Part shown: piece by piece, positions 1-14,459 of the stretch
How the letters are laid out: every line of letters begins with the position of its first letter
How positions within the stretch are numbered: position 1 is the first letter of the stretch
Assembly: GCA_964016885.1 (NCBI GenBank)
Contig: OZ024741.1
Span: forward strand, 414,532,001-414,596,000
Direction: 5' to 3'
Length of the DNA stretch: 64,000 bases
Source: Eledone cirrhosa
Taxonomy: Eukaryota
Program-made: the position numbers and the translations under genes
Notes under the pieces: generated by a model
Told to the model about the DNA's origin: nothing
Database searches by the model: none
The model's input: the letters and a program-made list of their open reading frames with translations, nothing else

Positions 1-3000
1 CCCGTAGCCTAACACTGTACAATGACTGGAGCTGTGCAGCCCGTAGCCTAACACTATACAATGACTGGAGCAGGGCAGCCCATAGCCTAACACTGTACAA
101 TGACTGGAGCTGTGCAGCCCGTAGCCTAACACTGTACAATGACTGCAGCTGTGCAACCCGTAGCCTAACACTGTACAATGACTGCAGCTGTGCAGACCGT
201 AGCCTAACACTGTACAATGACTGGAGTGTGCAGACCGTAGCCTAACACTGTACAATGACTGGAGCTGTGCAGCCCATAGCCTAACACTGTACAATGACTG
301 CAGCTGTGCAGACCGTAGCCTAACACTGTACAATGACTGCAGCTGTGCAGCCCGTAGCATAACACTGTACAATGACTGGAGCAGGGCAGCCCGTAGCCTA
401 ACACTGTACAATGACTGGAGCAGGGCAGCCCGTGGCCTAACACTGTACAATGACTGCAGCTGTGCAGCCCGTAGCCTAACACTGTACAATGACTGCAGCT
501 GTGCAACCCGTAGCCTAACACTGTACAATGACTGCAGCTGTGCAGACCGTAGCCTAACACTGTTCAATGACTGCAGCTGTGCAGACCGTAGCCTAACACT
601 GTACAATGACTGCAGCTGTGCAGCCCGTAGCATAACACTGTACAATGACTGGAGCAGGGCAGCCCGTAGCCTAACACTGTACAATGACTGGAGCAGGGCA
701 GCCCGTGGCCTAACACTGTACAATGACTGCAGCTGTGCAGCCCGTAGCCTAACACTGTACAATGACTGCAGCTGTGCAACCCGTAGCCTAACACTGTACA
801 ATGACTGCAGCTGTGCAGACCGTAGCCTAACACTGTTCAATGACTGGAGCTGTGCAGACCGTAGCCTAACACTGTACAATGACTGCAGCTGTGCAGCCCG
901 TAGCATAACACTGTACAATGACTGCAGCTGTGCAGCCCGTAGCCTAACACTGTACAATGACTGCAGCTGTGCAGCCCGTAGCCTAACACTGTACAATGAC
1001 TGCAGCTGTGCAGCCCGTAGCCTAACACTGTACAATGACTGCAGCTGTGCAGCCCGTAGCCTAACACTGTACAATGACTGGAGCAGGGCAGCCCGTAGCC
1101 TAACACTGTACAATGACTGGAGCAGGGCAGCCCGTAGCCTAACACTGTACAATGACTGCAGCTGTGCAGCCCGTAGCCTAACACTGTACAATGACTGCAG
1201 CTGTGCAACCCGTAGCCTAACACTGTACAATGACTGGAGCTGTGCAGCCCGTAGCCTAACACTGTACAATGACTGCAGCTGTGCAGCCCGTAGCATAACA
1301 CTGTACAGTGACTGGAGCAGGGCAGCCCGTAGCCTAACACTGTACAATGACTAGAGCAGGGCAGCCCGTAGCCTAACACTGTACAATGACTGCAGCTGTG
1401 CAGCCCGTAGCCTAACACTGTACAATGACTGCAGCTGTGCAGCCCGTAGCCTAACACTGTACAATGACTGCAGCTGTGCAGCCCGTAGCCTAACACTGTA
1501 CAATGACTGCAACTGTGCAGCCCGTAGCCTAACACTGTACAATGACTGCAGCTGTGCAGCCCGTAGCATAACACTGTACAATGACTGCAGCTGTGCAGCC
1601 CGTAGCCTAACACTGTACAATGACTGGAGCAGGGCAGCCCGTAGCCTAACACTGTACAATGACTGCAGCTGTGCAGCCCGTAGCATAACACTGTACAATG
1701 ACTGCAGCTGTGCAGCCCGTAGCCTAACACTGTACAATGACTGGAGCAGGGCAGCCCGTAGCCTAACACTGTACAATGACTGCAGCTGTGCAGCGCGTAG
1801 CCTAACACTGTACAATGACTGCAGCTGTGCAGCCCGTAGCCTAACACTGTACAATGACTGCAGCTGTGCAGCCCGTAGCCTAACACTGTACAATGACTGC
1901 AGCTGTGCAGCCCGTAGCCTAACACTGTACAATGACTGGAGCAGGGCAGCCCGTAGCCTAAGACTGTACAATGACTGCAGCTGTGCAGCCCGTAGCCTAA
2001 CACTGTACAATGACTGCAGCTGTGCAGCCCGTAGCCTAACACTGTACAATGACTGCAGCTGTGCAGCCCGTAGCCTAACACTGTACAATGACTGGAGCTG
2101 TGCAGCCCGTAGCATAACACTGTACAATGACTGCAGCTGTGCAGCCCGTAGCCTAACACTGTACAATGACTGGAGCAGGGCAGCCCATAGCCTAACACTG
2201 TACAATGACTGCAGCTGTGCAGCCCGTAGCCTAACACTGTACAATGACTGCAGCTGTGCAGCCCGTAGCATAACACTGTACAATGACTGCAGCTGTGCAG
2301 CCCGTAGCCTAACACTGTACAATGACTGGAGCTGTGCAGCCCGTAGCCTAACACTGTACAATGACTGGAGCTGTGCAGCCCGTAGCCTAACACTGTACAA
2401 TGACTGCAGCTGTGCAGACCGTAGCCTAACACTGTACAATGATGCAGCTGTGCAGCCCGTAGCCTAACACTGTACAATGACTGGAGCAGGGCAGCCCGTA
2501 GCCTAACACTGTACAATGACTGGAGCTGTGCAGCCCGTAGCCTAACACTGTACAATGACTGCAGCTGTGCAGCCCGTAGCCTAACACTGTACAATGACTG
2601 GAGCAGGGCAGCCCGTAGCCTAACAATGTACAATGACTGCAGCTGTGGAGCCCGTAGCCTAACACTGTACAATGACTGCAGCTGTGCAGCCCGTAGCCTA
2701 ACACTGTACAATGACTGGAGCAGGGCAGGCCGTAGCCTAACACTGTACAATGACTGGAGCTGTGCAGCCCGTAGCCTAACACTGTACAATGACTGCAGCT
2801 GTGCAGCCCGTAGCCTAACATTGTACAATGACTGGAGCAGGGCAGGCCGTAGCCTAACACTGTACAATGACTGCAGATGTGCAGCCCGTAGCCTAACACT
2901 GTACAATGACTGGAGCAGGGCAGCCCGTAGCCTAACACTGTACAATGATGCAGCTGTGCAGCCCGTAGCCTAACACTGTACAATGACTGGAGCAGGGCAG

Positions 3001-6000
3001 CCCGTAGCCTAACATTGTACAATGACTGGAGCAGGGCAGGCCGTAGCCTAACACTGTACAATGACTGCAGCTGTGCAGCCCGTAGCCTAACACTGTACAA
3101 TGACTGCAGCTGTGCAGCCCGTAGCCTAACACTGTACAATGACTGCAGCTGTGCAGCCCGTAGCCTAACATTGTACAATGACTGGAGCAGGGCAGCCCGT
3201 AGCCTAACACTGTACAATGACTGGAGCAGGGCAGCCCGTAGCCTAACACTGTACAATGACTGGAGCTGTGCACACCGTAGCCTAACACTGTACAATGACT
3301 GGAGCTGTGCAGCCCGTAGCCTAACACTGTACAATGACTGCAGCTGTGCAGCCCGTAGCCTAACACTGTACAATGACTGGAGCAGGGCAGCCCGTAGCCT
3401 AACACTGTACAATGACTGCAGCTGTGCAGCCCGTAGCCTAACACTGTACAATGACTGCAGCTGTGCAGCCCGTAGCCTAACACTGTACAATGACTGCAGC
3501 TGTGCAGCCCGTAGCCTAACACTGTACAATGACTGGAGCTGTGCAGCCCGTAGCCTAACACTGTACAATGACTGAAGCTGTGCAGCCCGTAGCCTAACAC
3601 TGTACAATGACTGCAGCTGTGCAGCCCGTAGCCTAACACTGTACAATGACTGGAGCTGTGCAGCCCGTAGCCTAACACTGTACAATGACTGCAGCTGTGC
3701 AGCCCGTAGCCTAACTCTGTATAATGACTGCAGCTGTGCAGCCCGTAGCCTAACACTGTACAATGACTGCAGCAGTGCAGACCGTAGCCTAACACTGTAC
3801 AATGACTGGAGCTGTGCAGCCCGTAGCCTAACACTGTACAATGACTGGAGCAGGGCAGCCCGTAGCCTAACACTGTACAATGACTGCAGCTGTGCAGCCC
3901 GTAGCCTAACACTGTACAATGACTGGAGCTGTGCAGCCCGTAGCCTAACACTGTACAATGACTGCAGCTGTGCAGCCCGTAGCCTAACACTGTACAATGA
4001 CTGCAGCTGTGCAGCCCGTAGCCTAACACTGTACAATGACTGGAGCTGTGCAGCCCGTAGCCTAACACTGTACAATGACTGCAGCTGTGCAGCCCGTAGC
4101 CTAACACTGTACAATGACTGCAGCTGTGCAGCCCGTAGCCTAACACTGTACAATGACTGGAGCTGTGCAGCCTGTAGCCTAACACTGTACAATGACTGGA
4201 GCAGGGCAGACCGTAGCCTAACACTGTACAATGACTGGAGCTGTGCAGCCCGTAGCCTAACACTGTACAATGACTGGAGCAGGGCAGACCGTAGCCTAAC
4301 ACTGTACAATGACTGCAGCTGTGCAGCCCGTAGCCTAACACTGTACAATGACTGGAGCAGGGCAGACCGTAGCCTAACACTGTACAATGACTGCAGCTGT
4401 GCAGCCCGTAGCCTAACACTGTACAATGACTGGAGCTGTGCAGACCGTAGCCTAACACTGTACAATGACTGCAGCTGTGCAGCCCGTAGCCTAACACTGT
4501 ACAATGACTGCAGCTGTGCAGCCCGTAGCCTAACACTGTACAATGACTGGAGCTGTGCAGCCCGTAGCCTAACACTGTACAATGACTGGAGCTGTGCAGC
4601 CCGTAGCCTAACACTGTACAATGACTGGAGCTGTGCAGCCCGTAGCCTAACACTGTACAATGACTGGAGCTGTGCAGCCCGTAGACTAACACTGTACAAT
4701 GACTGCAGCTGTGCAGCCCGTAGCCTAACACTGTACAATGACTGGAGCAGGGCAGGCCGTAGCCTAACACTATACAATGACTGGATCTGTGAAGCCCGTA
4801 GCCTAACACTGTACAATGACTGGAGCTGTGCAGCCCGTAGCCTAACACTGTACAATGACTGGAGCTGTGCAGCCTGTAGCCTAACACTGTACAATGACTG
4901 CAGCTGTGCAGCCCGTAGCCTAACACTGTACAATGACTGCAGCTGTGCAGCCCGTAGCCTAACACTGTACAATGACTGGAGCAGGGCAGCCCGTAGCCTA
5001 ACACTGTACAATGACTGGAGCTGTGCAGCCCGTAGCCTAACACTGTACAATGACTGCAGCTGTGCAGCCCGTAGCCTAACACTGTACAATGACTGCAGCT
5101 GTGCAGACCGTAGCCTAACACTGTACAATGACTGCAGCTGTGCAGCCCGTAGCCTAACACTGTACAATGACTGGAGCTGTGCAGCCCGTAGCCTAACACT
5201 GTACAATGACTGCAGCTGTGCAGCCCGTAGCCTAACACTGTACAATGACTGCAGCTGTGCAGCCCGTAGCCTAACACTGTACAATGACTGGAGCAGGGCA
5301 GCCCGTAGCCTAACACTGTACAATGACTGCAGCTGTGCAGCCCGTAGCCTAACACTGTACAATGACTGGAGCTGTGCAGCCCGTAGCCTAACACTGAACA
5401 ATGACTGCAGCTGTGCAGCCCGTAGCCTAACACTGTACAATGACTGGAGCAGGGCAGCCCGTAGCCTAACACTGTACAATGACTGCAGCTGTGCAGCCCG
5501 TAGCCTAACACTGTACAATGACTGGAGCAGGGCAGGCCGTAGCCTAACACTGTACAATGACTGGAGCTGTGCAGCCCGTAGCCTAACACTGTACAATGAC
5601 TGCAGCTGTGCAGCCCGTAGCCTAACACTGTACAATGACTGGAGCAGGGCAGGCCGTAGCCTAACACTGTACAATGACTGCAGCTGTGCAGCCCGTAGCC
5701 TAACACTGTACTATGACTGGAGCAGGGCAGCCCGTAGCCTAACACTGTACAATGACTGCAGCTGTGCAGCCCGTAGCCTAACACTGTACAATGACTGGAG
5801 ATGTACAGCCCGTAGCCTAACACTGTACAATGACTGCAGCTGTGCAGCCCGTAGCCTAACACTGTACAATGACTGCAGCTGTGCAGCCCGTAGCCTAACA
5901 CTGTACAATGACTGCAGCTGTGCAGCCCGTAGCCTAACACTGTACAATGACTGGAGCAGGGCAGGCCGTAGCCTAACACTGTACAATGACTGGAGCTGTG

Positions 6001-9000
6001 CAGCCCGTAGCCTAACACTGTACAATGACTGCAGCAGTGCAGACCGTAGCCTAACACTGTACAATGACTGCAGCTGTGCAGCCCGTAGCCTAACACTGTA
6101 CAATGACTGGAGCTGTACAGCCCGTAGCCTAACACTGTACAATGACTGCAGCTGTGCAGCCCGTAGCCTAACACTGTACAATGACTGCAGCTGTGCAGCC
6201 CGTAGCCTAATACTGTACAATGACTGCAGCTGTGCAGCCCGTAGCCTAACACTGTACAATAACTGCAGCTGTGCAGCCCGTAGCCTAACACTGTACAATG
6301 ACTGGAGCAGGGCAGGCCGTAGCCTAACACTGTACAATGACTGGAGCTGTGCAGCCCGTAGCCTAACACTGTACAATGACTGCAGCTGTGCAGCCCGTAG
6401 CCTAACACTGTACAATGACTGGAGCAGGGCAGGCCGTAGCCTAACACTGTACAATGACTGCAGCTGTGCAGCCCGTAGCCTAACACTGTACAATGACTGG
6501 AGCAGGGCAGCCCGTAGCCTAACACTGTACAATGACTGGAGCAGGGCAGCCCGTAGCCTAACACTGTACAATGACTGCAGCTGTGCAGCCCGTAGCCTAA
6601 CACTGTACAATGACTGCAGCTGTGCAGCCCGTAGCCTAACACTGTACAATGACTGGAGCTGTGCAGCCCGTAGCCTAACACTGTACAATGACTGGAGCAG
6701 GGCAGCCCATAGCCTAACACTGTACAATGACTGGAGCTGTGCAGCCCGTAGCCTAACACTGTACAATGACTGCAGCTGTGCAACCCGTAGCCTAACACTG
6801 TACAATGACTGCAGCTGTGCAGACCGTAGCCTAACACTGTACAATGACTGGAGTGTGCAGACCGTAGCCTAACACTGTACAATGACTGGAGCTGTGCAGC
6901 CCATAGCCTAACACTGTACAATGACTGGAGCTGTGCAGCCCGTAGCATAACACTGTACAATGACTGCAGCTGTGCAGCCCGTAGCCTAACACTGTACAAT
7001 GACTGCAGCTGTGCAGCCCGTAGCATAACACTGTACAATGACTGCAGCTGTGCAGCCCGTAGCCTAACACTGTACAATGACTGGAGCTGTGCAGACCGTA
7101 GCCTAACACTGTACAATGACTGCAGCTGTGCAGCCCATAGCCTAACACTGTACAATGACTGCAGCTGTGCAGCCCGTAGCATAACACTGTACAATGACTG
7201 GAGCAGGGCAGCCCGTAGCCTAACACTGTACAATGACTGGAGCAGGGCAGCCCGTGGCCTAACACTGTACAATGACTGCAGCTGTGCAGCCCGTAGCCTA
7301 ACACTGTACAATGACTGCAGCTGTGCAACCCGTAGCCTAACACTGTACAATGACTGCAGCTGTGCAGACCGTAGCCTAACACTGTTCAATGACTGGAGCT
7401 GTGCAGACCGTAGCCTAACACTGTACAATGACTGCAGCTGTGCAGCCCGTAGCATAACACTGTACAATGACTGCAGCTGTGCAGCCCGTAGCCTAACACT
7501 GTACAATGACTGCAGCTGTGCAGCCCGTAGCCTAACACTGTACAATGACTGCAGCTGTGCAGCCCGTAGCCTAACACTGTACAATGACTGCAGCTGTGCA
7601 GCCCGTAGCCTAACACTGTACAATGACTGGAGCAGGGCAGCCCGTAGCCTAACACTGTACAATGACTGGAGCAGGGCAGCCCGTAGCCTAACACTGTACA
7701 ATGACTGCAGCTGTGCAGCCCGTAGCCTAACACTGTACAATGACTGCAGCTGTGCAACCCGTAGCCTAACACTGTACAATGACTGCAGCTGTGCAGCCCG
7801 TAGCCTAACACTGTACAATGACTGCAGCTGTGCAGCCCGTAGCATAACACTGTACAGTGACTGGAGCAGGGCAGCCCGTAGCCTAACACTGTACAATGAC
7901 TGGAGTAGGGCAGCCCGTAGCCTAACACTGTACAATGACTGCAGCTGTGCAGCCCGTAGCCTAACACTGTACAATGACTGCAGCTGTGCAGCCCGTAGCC
8001 TAACACTGTACAATGACTGCAGCTGTGCAGCCCGTAGCCTAACACTGTACAATGACTGCAACTGTGCAGCCCGTAGCCTAACACTGTACAATGACTGCAG
8101 CTGTGCAGCCCGTAGCATAACACTGTACAATGACTGCAGCTGTGCAGCCCGTAGCCTAACACTGTACAATGACTGGAGCAGGGCAGCCCGTAGCCTAACA
8201 CTGTACAATGACTGCAGCTGTGCAGCCCGTAGCCTAACACTGTACAATGACTGCAGCTGTGCAGCCCGTAGCATAACACTGTACAATGACTGCAGCTGTG
8301 CAGCCCGTAGCCTAACACTGTACAATGACTGGAGCAGGGCAGCCCGTAGCCTAACACTGTACAATGACTGCAGCTGTGCAGCGCGTAGCCTAACACTGTA
8401 CAATGACTGCAGCTGTGCAGCCCGTAGCCTAACACTGTACAATGACTGCAGCTGTGCAGCCCGTAGCCTAACACTGTACAATGACTGCAGCTGTGCAGCC
8501 CGTAGCCTAACACTGTACAATGACTGGAGCAGGGCAGCCCGTAGCCTAAGACTGTACAATGACTGCAGCTGTGCAGCCCGTAGCCTAACACTGTACAATG
8601 ACTGCAGCTGTGCAGCCCGTAGCCTAACACTGTACAATGACTGCAGCTGTGCAGCCCGTAGCCTAACACTGTACAATGACTGGAGCAGGGCAGCCCGTAG
8701 CCTAACACTGTACAATGACTGCAGCTGTGCAGCCCGTAGCCTAACACTGTACAATGACTGGAGCTGTGCAGCCCGTAGCCTAACACTGTACAATGACTGG
8801 AGCAGGGCAGACCGTAGCCTAACACTGTACAATGACTGGAGCTGTGCAGCCCGTAGCCTAACACTGTACAATGACTGGAGCAGTGCAGCCCGTAGCATAA
8901 CACTGTACAATGACTGCAGCTGTGCAGCCCGTAGCCTAACACTGTACAATGACTGGAGCAGGGCAGCCCGTAGCCTAACACTGTACAATGACTGCAGCTG

Positions 9001-12000
9001 TGCAGCCCGTAGCCTAACACTGTACAATGACTGCAGCTGTGCAGCCCGTAGCATAACACTGTACAATGACTGCAGCTGTGCAGCCCGTAGCCTAACACTG
9101 TACAATGACTGGAGCAGGGCAGCCCGTAGCCTAACACTGTACAATGACTGGAGCTGTGCAGCCCGTAGCCTAACACTGTACAATGACTGGAGCAGGGCAG
9201 ACCGTAGCCTAACACTGTACAATGACTGGAGCTGTGCAGCCCGTAGCCTAACACTGTACAATGACTGGAGCAGTGCAGACCGTAGCCTAACACTGTACAA
9301 TGACTGCAGCTGTGCAGACCGTAGCCTAACACTGTACAATGACTGCAGCTGTGCAGCCCGTAGCCTAACACTGTACAATGACTGCAGCTGTGCAGCCCGT
9401 AGCCTAACACTGTACAATGACTGGAGCTGTGCAGCCCGTAGCCTAACACTGTACAATGACTGCAGCTGTGCAGCCCGTAGCCTAACACTGTACAATGACT
9501 GCAGCAGTGCAGACCGTAGCCTAACACTGTACAATGACTGGAGCTGTGCAGCCCGTAGCCTAACACTGTACACTGACTGGAGCAGGGCAGCCCGTAGCCT
9601 AACACTGTACAATGACTGCAGCTGTGCAGCCCGTAGCCTAACACTGTACAATGACTGGAGCTGTGCAGCCCGTAGCCTAACACTGTACAATGACTGGAGT
9701 TGTGCAGCCCGTAGCCTAACACTGTACAATGACTGGAGCAGGGCAGACCGTAGCCTAACACTGTACAATGACTGGAGCTGTGCAGCCCGTAGCCTAACAC
9801 TGTACAATGACTGCAGCTGTGCAGCCCGTAGCCTAACACTGTACAATGACTGCAGCTGTGCAGCCCGTAGCCTAACACTGTACAATGACTGCAGCTGTGC
9901 AGCCCGTAGCCTAACACTGTACAATGACTGCAGCTGTGCAGCCCGTAGCCTAACACTGTACAATGACTGGAGCTGTGCAGCCCGTAGCCTAACACTGTAC
10001 AATGACTGCAGCTGTGCAGCCCGTAGCCTAACACTGTACAATGACTGCAGCTGTGCAGCCTGTAGCCTAACACTGTACAATGACTGCAGCTGTGCAGCCC
10101 GTAGCCTAACACTGTACAATGACTGCAGCTGTGCAGCCTGTAGCCTAACACTGTACAATGACTGCAGCTGTGCAGCCCGTAGCCTAACACTGTACAATGA
10201 CTGGAGCTGTGCAGCCCGTAGCCTAACACTGTACAATGACTGCAGCTGTGCAGCCCGTAGCCTAACACTGTACAATGACTGGAGCAGGGCAGCCCGTAGC
10301 CTAACACTGTACAATGACTGGAGCTGTGCAGCCCGTAGCCTAACACTGTACAATGACTGGAGCTGTACAGCCCGTAGCCTAACACTGTACAATGACTGGA
10401 GCTGTGCAGACCGTAGCCTAACACTGTACAATGACTGGAGCTGTGCAGCCCGTAGCCTAACACTGTACAATGACTGCAGCTGTGCAGCCCGTAGCCTAAC
10501 ACTGTACAATGACTGCAGCTGTGCAGCCCGTAGCCTAACACTGTACAATGACTGGAGCTGTGCAGCCTGTAGCCTAACACTGTACAATGACTGGAGCTGT
10601 GCAGCCCGTAGCCTAACACTGTACAATGACTGGAGCTGTGCAGCCCGTAGCCTAACACTGTACAATGACTGCAGCTGTGCAGCTCGTAGCCTAACACTGT
10701 ACAATGACTGCAGCTGTGCAGCCCGTAGCCTAACACTGTACAATGACTGCAGCTGTGCAGCCTGTAGCCTAACACTGTACAATGACTGGAGCTGTGCAGC
10801 CCGTAGCCTAACACTGTACAATGACTGGAGCTGTGTAGCCCGTAGCCTAACACTGTACAATGACTGCAGCTGTGCAGCCTGTAGCCTAACACTGTACAAT
10901 GACTGCAGCTGTGCAGACCGTAGCCTAACACTGTACAATGACTGCAGCTGTGCAGCCCGTAGCCTAACACTGTACAATGACTGCAGCTGTGCAGCCCGTA
11001 GCCTAACACTGTACAATGACTACAACTGTGCAGCCCGTACCCTAACACTGTACAATGACTACAACTGTGCAGCCCGTAGCCTAACACTGTACAATGACTG
11101 CAGCTGTGCAGCCCGTAGCCTAACACTGTACAATGACTGCAGCTGTGCAGCCCGTAGCCTAACACTGTACAATGACTGCAGATGTGCAGCCTGTAGCCTA
11201 ACACTGTACAATGACTGCAGCTGTGCAGCCCGTAGCCTAACACTGTACAATGACTGGAGCTGTGCAGCCCGTAGCCTAACACTGTACAATGACTGCAGCT
11301 GTGCAGCCTGTAGCCTAACACTGTACAATGACTGCAGCTGTGCAGCCTGTAGCCTAACACTGTACAATGACTGCAGCTGTGCAGCCCGTAGCCTAACACT
11401 GTACAATGACTGGAGCTGTACAGCCCGTAGCCTAACACTGTACAATGACTGCAGCTGTGCAGCCCGTAGCCTAACACTGTACAATGACTGCAGCTGTGCA
11501 GCCCGTAGCCTAACACTGTACAATGACTGGAGCTGTGCAGCCCGTAGCCTAACACTGTACAATGACTACAACTGTGCAGCCCGTAGCCTAACTCTGTAGA
11601 ATGACTGCAGCTGTGCAGCCCGTAGCCTAACACTGTACAATGACTGGAGCAGGGCAGCCCGTAGCCTAACACTGTACAATGACTGCAGCTGTGCAGCCCG
11701 TAGCCTAACACTGTACAATGACTGCAGCTGTGCAGCCCGTAGCCTAACACTGTACAATGACTGCAGCTGTGCAGCCCGTAGCCTAACACTGTACAATGAC
11801 TGGAGCAGGGCAGCCCGTAGCCTAACACTGTACAATGACTGCAGCTGTGCAGCCCGTAGCCTAACACTGTACAATGACTGCAGCTGTGCAGCTCGTAGCC
11901 TAACACTGTACAATGACTGGAGCTGTGCAGCCTGTAGCCTAACACCGTACAATGACTGGAGCAGGGCAGACCGTAGCCTAACACTGTACAATGACTGCAG

Positions 12001-14097
12001 CTGTGCAGCCCGTAGCCTAACACTGTACAATGACTGGAGCTGTGCAGCCCGTAGCCTAACACTGTACAATGACTGCAACTGTGCAGCCCGTAGCCTAACA
12101 CTGTACAATGACTGCAGCTGTGCAGCCCGTAGCCTAACACTGTACAATGACTGGAGCAGGGCAGCCCGTAGCCTAACACTGTACAATGACTGCAGCTGTG
12201 CAGCCCGTAGCCTAACACTGTACAATGACTGGAGCTGTGCAGCCCGTAGCCTAACACTGTACAATGACTGGAGCAGGGCAGCCCGTAGCCTAACACTGTA
12301 CAATGACTGGAGCAGGGCAGCCCGTAGCCTAACACTGTACAATGACTGCAGCTGTGCAGCCCGTAGCCTAACACTGTACAATGACTGGAGCAGGGCAGCC
12401 CGTAGCCTAACACTGTACAATGACTGGAGCAGGGCAGCCCGTAGCCTAACACTGTACAATGACTGCAGCTGTGCAGCCCGTAGCCTAACACTGTACAATG
12501 ACTGGAGCTGTGCAGCCCGTAGCCTAACACTGTACAATGACTGCAGCTGTGCAGACCGTAGCCTAACACTGTACAATGACTGGAGCAGGGCAGCCCGTAG
12601 CCTAACACTGTACAATGACTGGAGCTGTGCAGCCCGTAGCCTAACACTGTACAATGACTGCAGCTGTGCAGCCCGTAGCCTAACACTGTACAATGACTGC
12701 AGCTGTGCAGCCCGTAGCCTAACACTGTACAATGACTGGAGCTGTGCAGCCCGTAGCCTAACACTGTACAATGACTGCAGCTGTGCAGCCCGTAGCCTAA
12801 CACTGTACAATGACTGGAGCTGTGCAGCCCGTAGCCTAACACTGTACAATGACTGCAGCTGTGCAGACCGTAGCCTAACACTGTACAATGACTGGAGCAG
12901 GGCAGCCCGTAGCCTAACACTGTACAATGACTGGAGCAGGGCAGCCCGTAGCCTAACACTGTACAATGACTGCAGCTGTGCAGCCCGTAGCCTAACACTG
13001 TACAATGACTGGAGCAGGGCAGCCCGTAGCCTAACACTGTACAATGACTGCAGCTGTGCAGCCCGTAGCCTAACACTGTACAATGACTGGAGCAGGGCAG
13101 CCCGTAGCCTAACACTGTACAATGACTGGAGCAGGGCAGCCCGTAGCCTAACACTGTACAATGACTGCAGCTGTGCAGCCTGTAGCTTAACAGTCTACAA
13201 TGACTGGAGCTGTGCAGCCCATAGCCTAACAGTCTACAATGACTGGAGATGTGCAGCCCGTAGCCTAACCGTCTACAATGACTTGAGCTGTGCAGCCCAT
13301 AGCCTAACACTGTACAATGACTGGAGCTGTGCAGCCCATAGCCTAACAGTCTACAATGACTGCAGCTGTGCAGCCCGTAGCCTAACACTATACAATGACT
13401 GGAGCTGTGCAGCCCGTAGCCTAACAGTCTACAATGACTGCAGCTGTGCAGCCCATAGCCTAACAGTCTACAATGACTGCAGCTGTGCAGCTCATAGCCT
13501 AACAGTCTACAATGACTTGAGCTGTGCAGCCCGTAGCCTAACAGTCTACAATGACTGCAGCTGTGCAGCCCGTAGCCTAACACTATACAATGACTGGAGC
13601 TGTGCAGCCCGTAGCCTAACAGTCTACAATGACTGGAGCTGTGCAGCCCATAGCCTAACAGTCTACAATGACTGGAGCTGTGCAGCCCGTAGCCTAACAC
13701 TGTACAATGACTGGAGCTGTGCAGCCCGTAGCCTAACAGTCTACAATGACTGGAGCTGTGCAGCCCATAGCCTAACAGTCTACAATGACTGCAGCTGTGC
13801 AGCTCATAGCCTAACAGTCTACAATGACTTGAGCTGTGCAGCCCGTAGCCTAACAGTCTACAATGACTGCAGCTGTGCAGCCCGTAGCCTAACACTATAC
13901 AATGACTGGAGCTGTGCAGCCCGTAGCCTAACAGTCTACAATGACTGGAGCTGTGCAGCCCATAGCCTAACAGTCTACAATGACTGGAGCTGTGCAGCCC
14001 GTAGCCTAACACTGTACAATGACTGGAGCTGTGCAGCCCGTAGCCTAACAGTCTACAATGACTGGAACTGTGCAGCACATAGCATAACAGTCCACAA
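1..14097. repeat. 39-bp tandem satellite, ~360 copies, continues beyond the left edge
   Basis: Consensus CCCGTAGCCTAACACTGTACAATGACTGCAGCTGTGCAG repeated head-to-tail. Common variants are CTGGAGCTGT and CTGGAGCAGGGC. Single-base-deletion monomers occur at ~226, ~2442, ~2948 and ~6853. Confidence 0.99.
13186..14097. repeat. Divergent terminal subdomain of the 39-bp satellite (CAGTCTAC variant)
   Basis: From ~13190 most monomers read AACAGTCTACAATG instead of AACACTGTACAATG. An 8-monomer (312-bp) block is duplicated (GCTCATAG at ~13490 and ~13802). Confidence 0.95.
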
Positions 14098-14315
14098 CAG
14101 AATATATGATGGCTGAAAACATCCTCAGCCTTATTAGATCACTGCTGGATCAAGGAAACTGGTTAGCATAGAGCTTCTCTCATTTTTACCAGGATCTATA
14201 TTGGTAAACCCCAATATAACTATACATATAGAAATATAATCGGTGTGGGATGCTTAAAGCGTCCGTAAGCAGTATGCCGTTAGAGCACTCAATGCTCTAA
14301 CAGAGTATAATATCA

Positions 14316-14370
14316 CATCATCATCATCATCGTTTAACGTCCATCTTCCACGCTTGCATGGGTTTGGACG
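14316..14370 (-). mobile_element. SINE-like 3' end fragment with (ATG)n tail, minus strand
   Basis: CATCATCATCATCATCGTTTAACGTCCATCTTCCACGCTTGCATGGGTTTGGACG is a diverged reverse complement of 14501-14550. It resembles an abundant octopus interspersed repeat from memory; not verified. Confidence 0.6.
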
Positions 14371-14375
14371 GTCAC

Positions 14376-14421
<46 letters not shown>

Positions 14422-14459
14422 CCACACACACAATCAGGCCATTATATATATATATATAT
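14376..14459. repeat. Two (TA)n microsatellites
   Basis: TA runs at ~14376-14418 and ~14443-14459. Confidence 0.95.

Noticed and set aside
204-14116. Very long ORFs (up to 2694 aa) of HCTVLGYGLHSCS, LYSVRLRAAQLQS or LYNDCSCAARSLT repeats; superficially like Gly/His/Cys-rich structural or metal-binding proteins
   Set aside because: A 39-bp unit without stops is open in several frames automatically. Frames swap at 1-bp deletions, sporadic stops occur, common variants are largely non-synonymous, and there is no signal peptide or unique domain.
14190-14219. Possible third minus-strand micro-exon (TATAG|30 nt|GTAAAA)
   Set aside because: The phase-0 frame needed to follow the 56-nt exon contains a stop (TAG), and the signals are weak.
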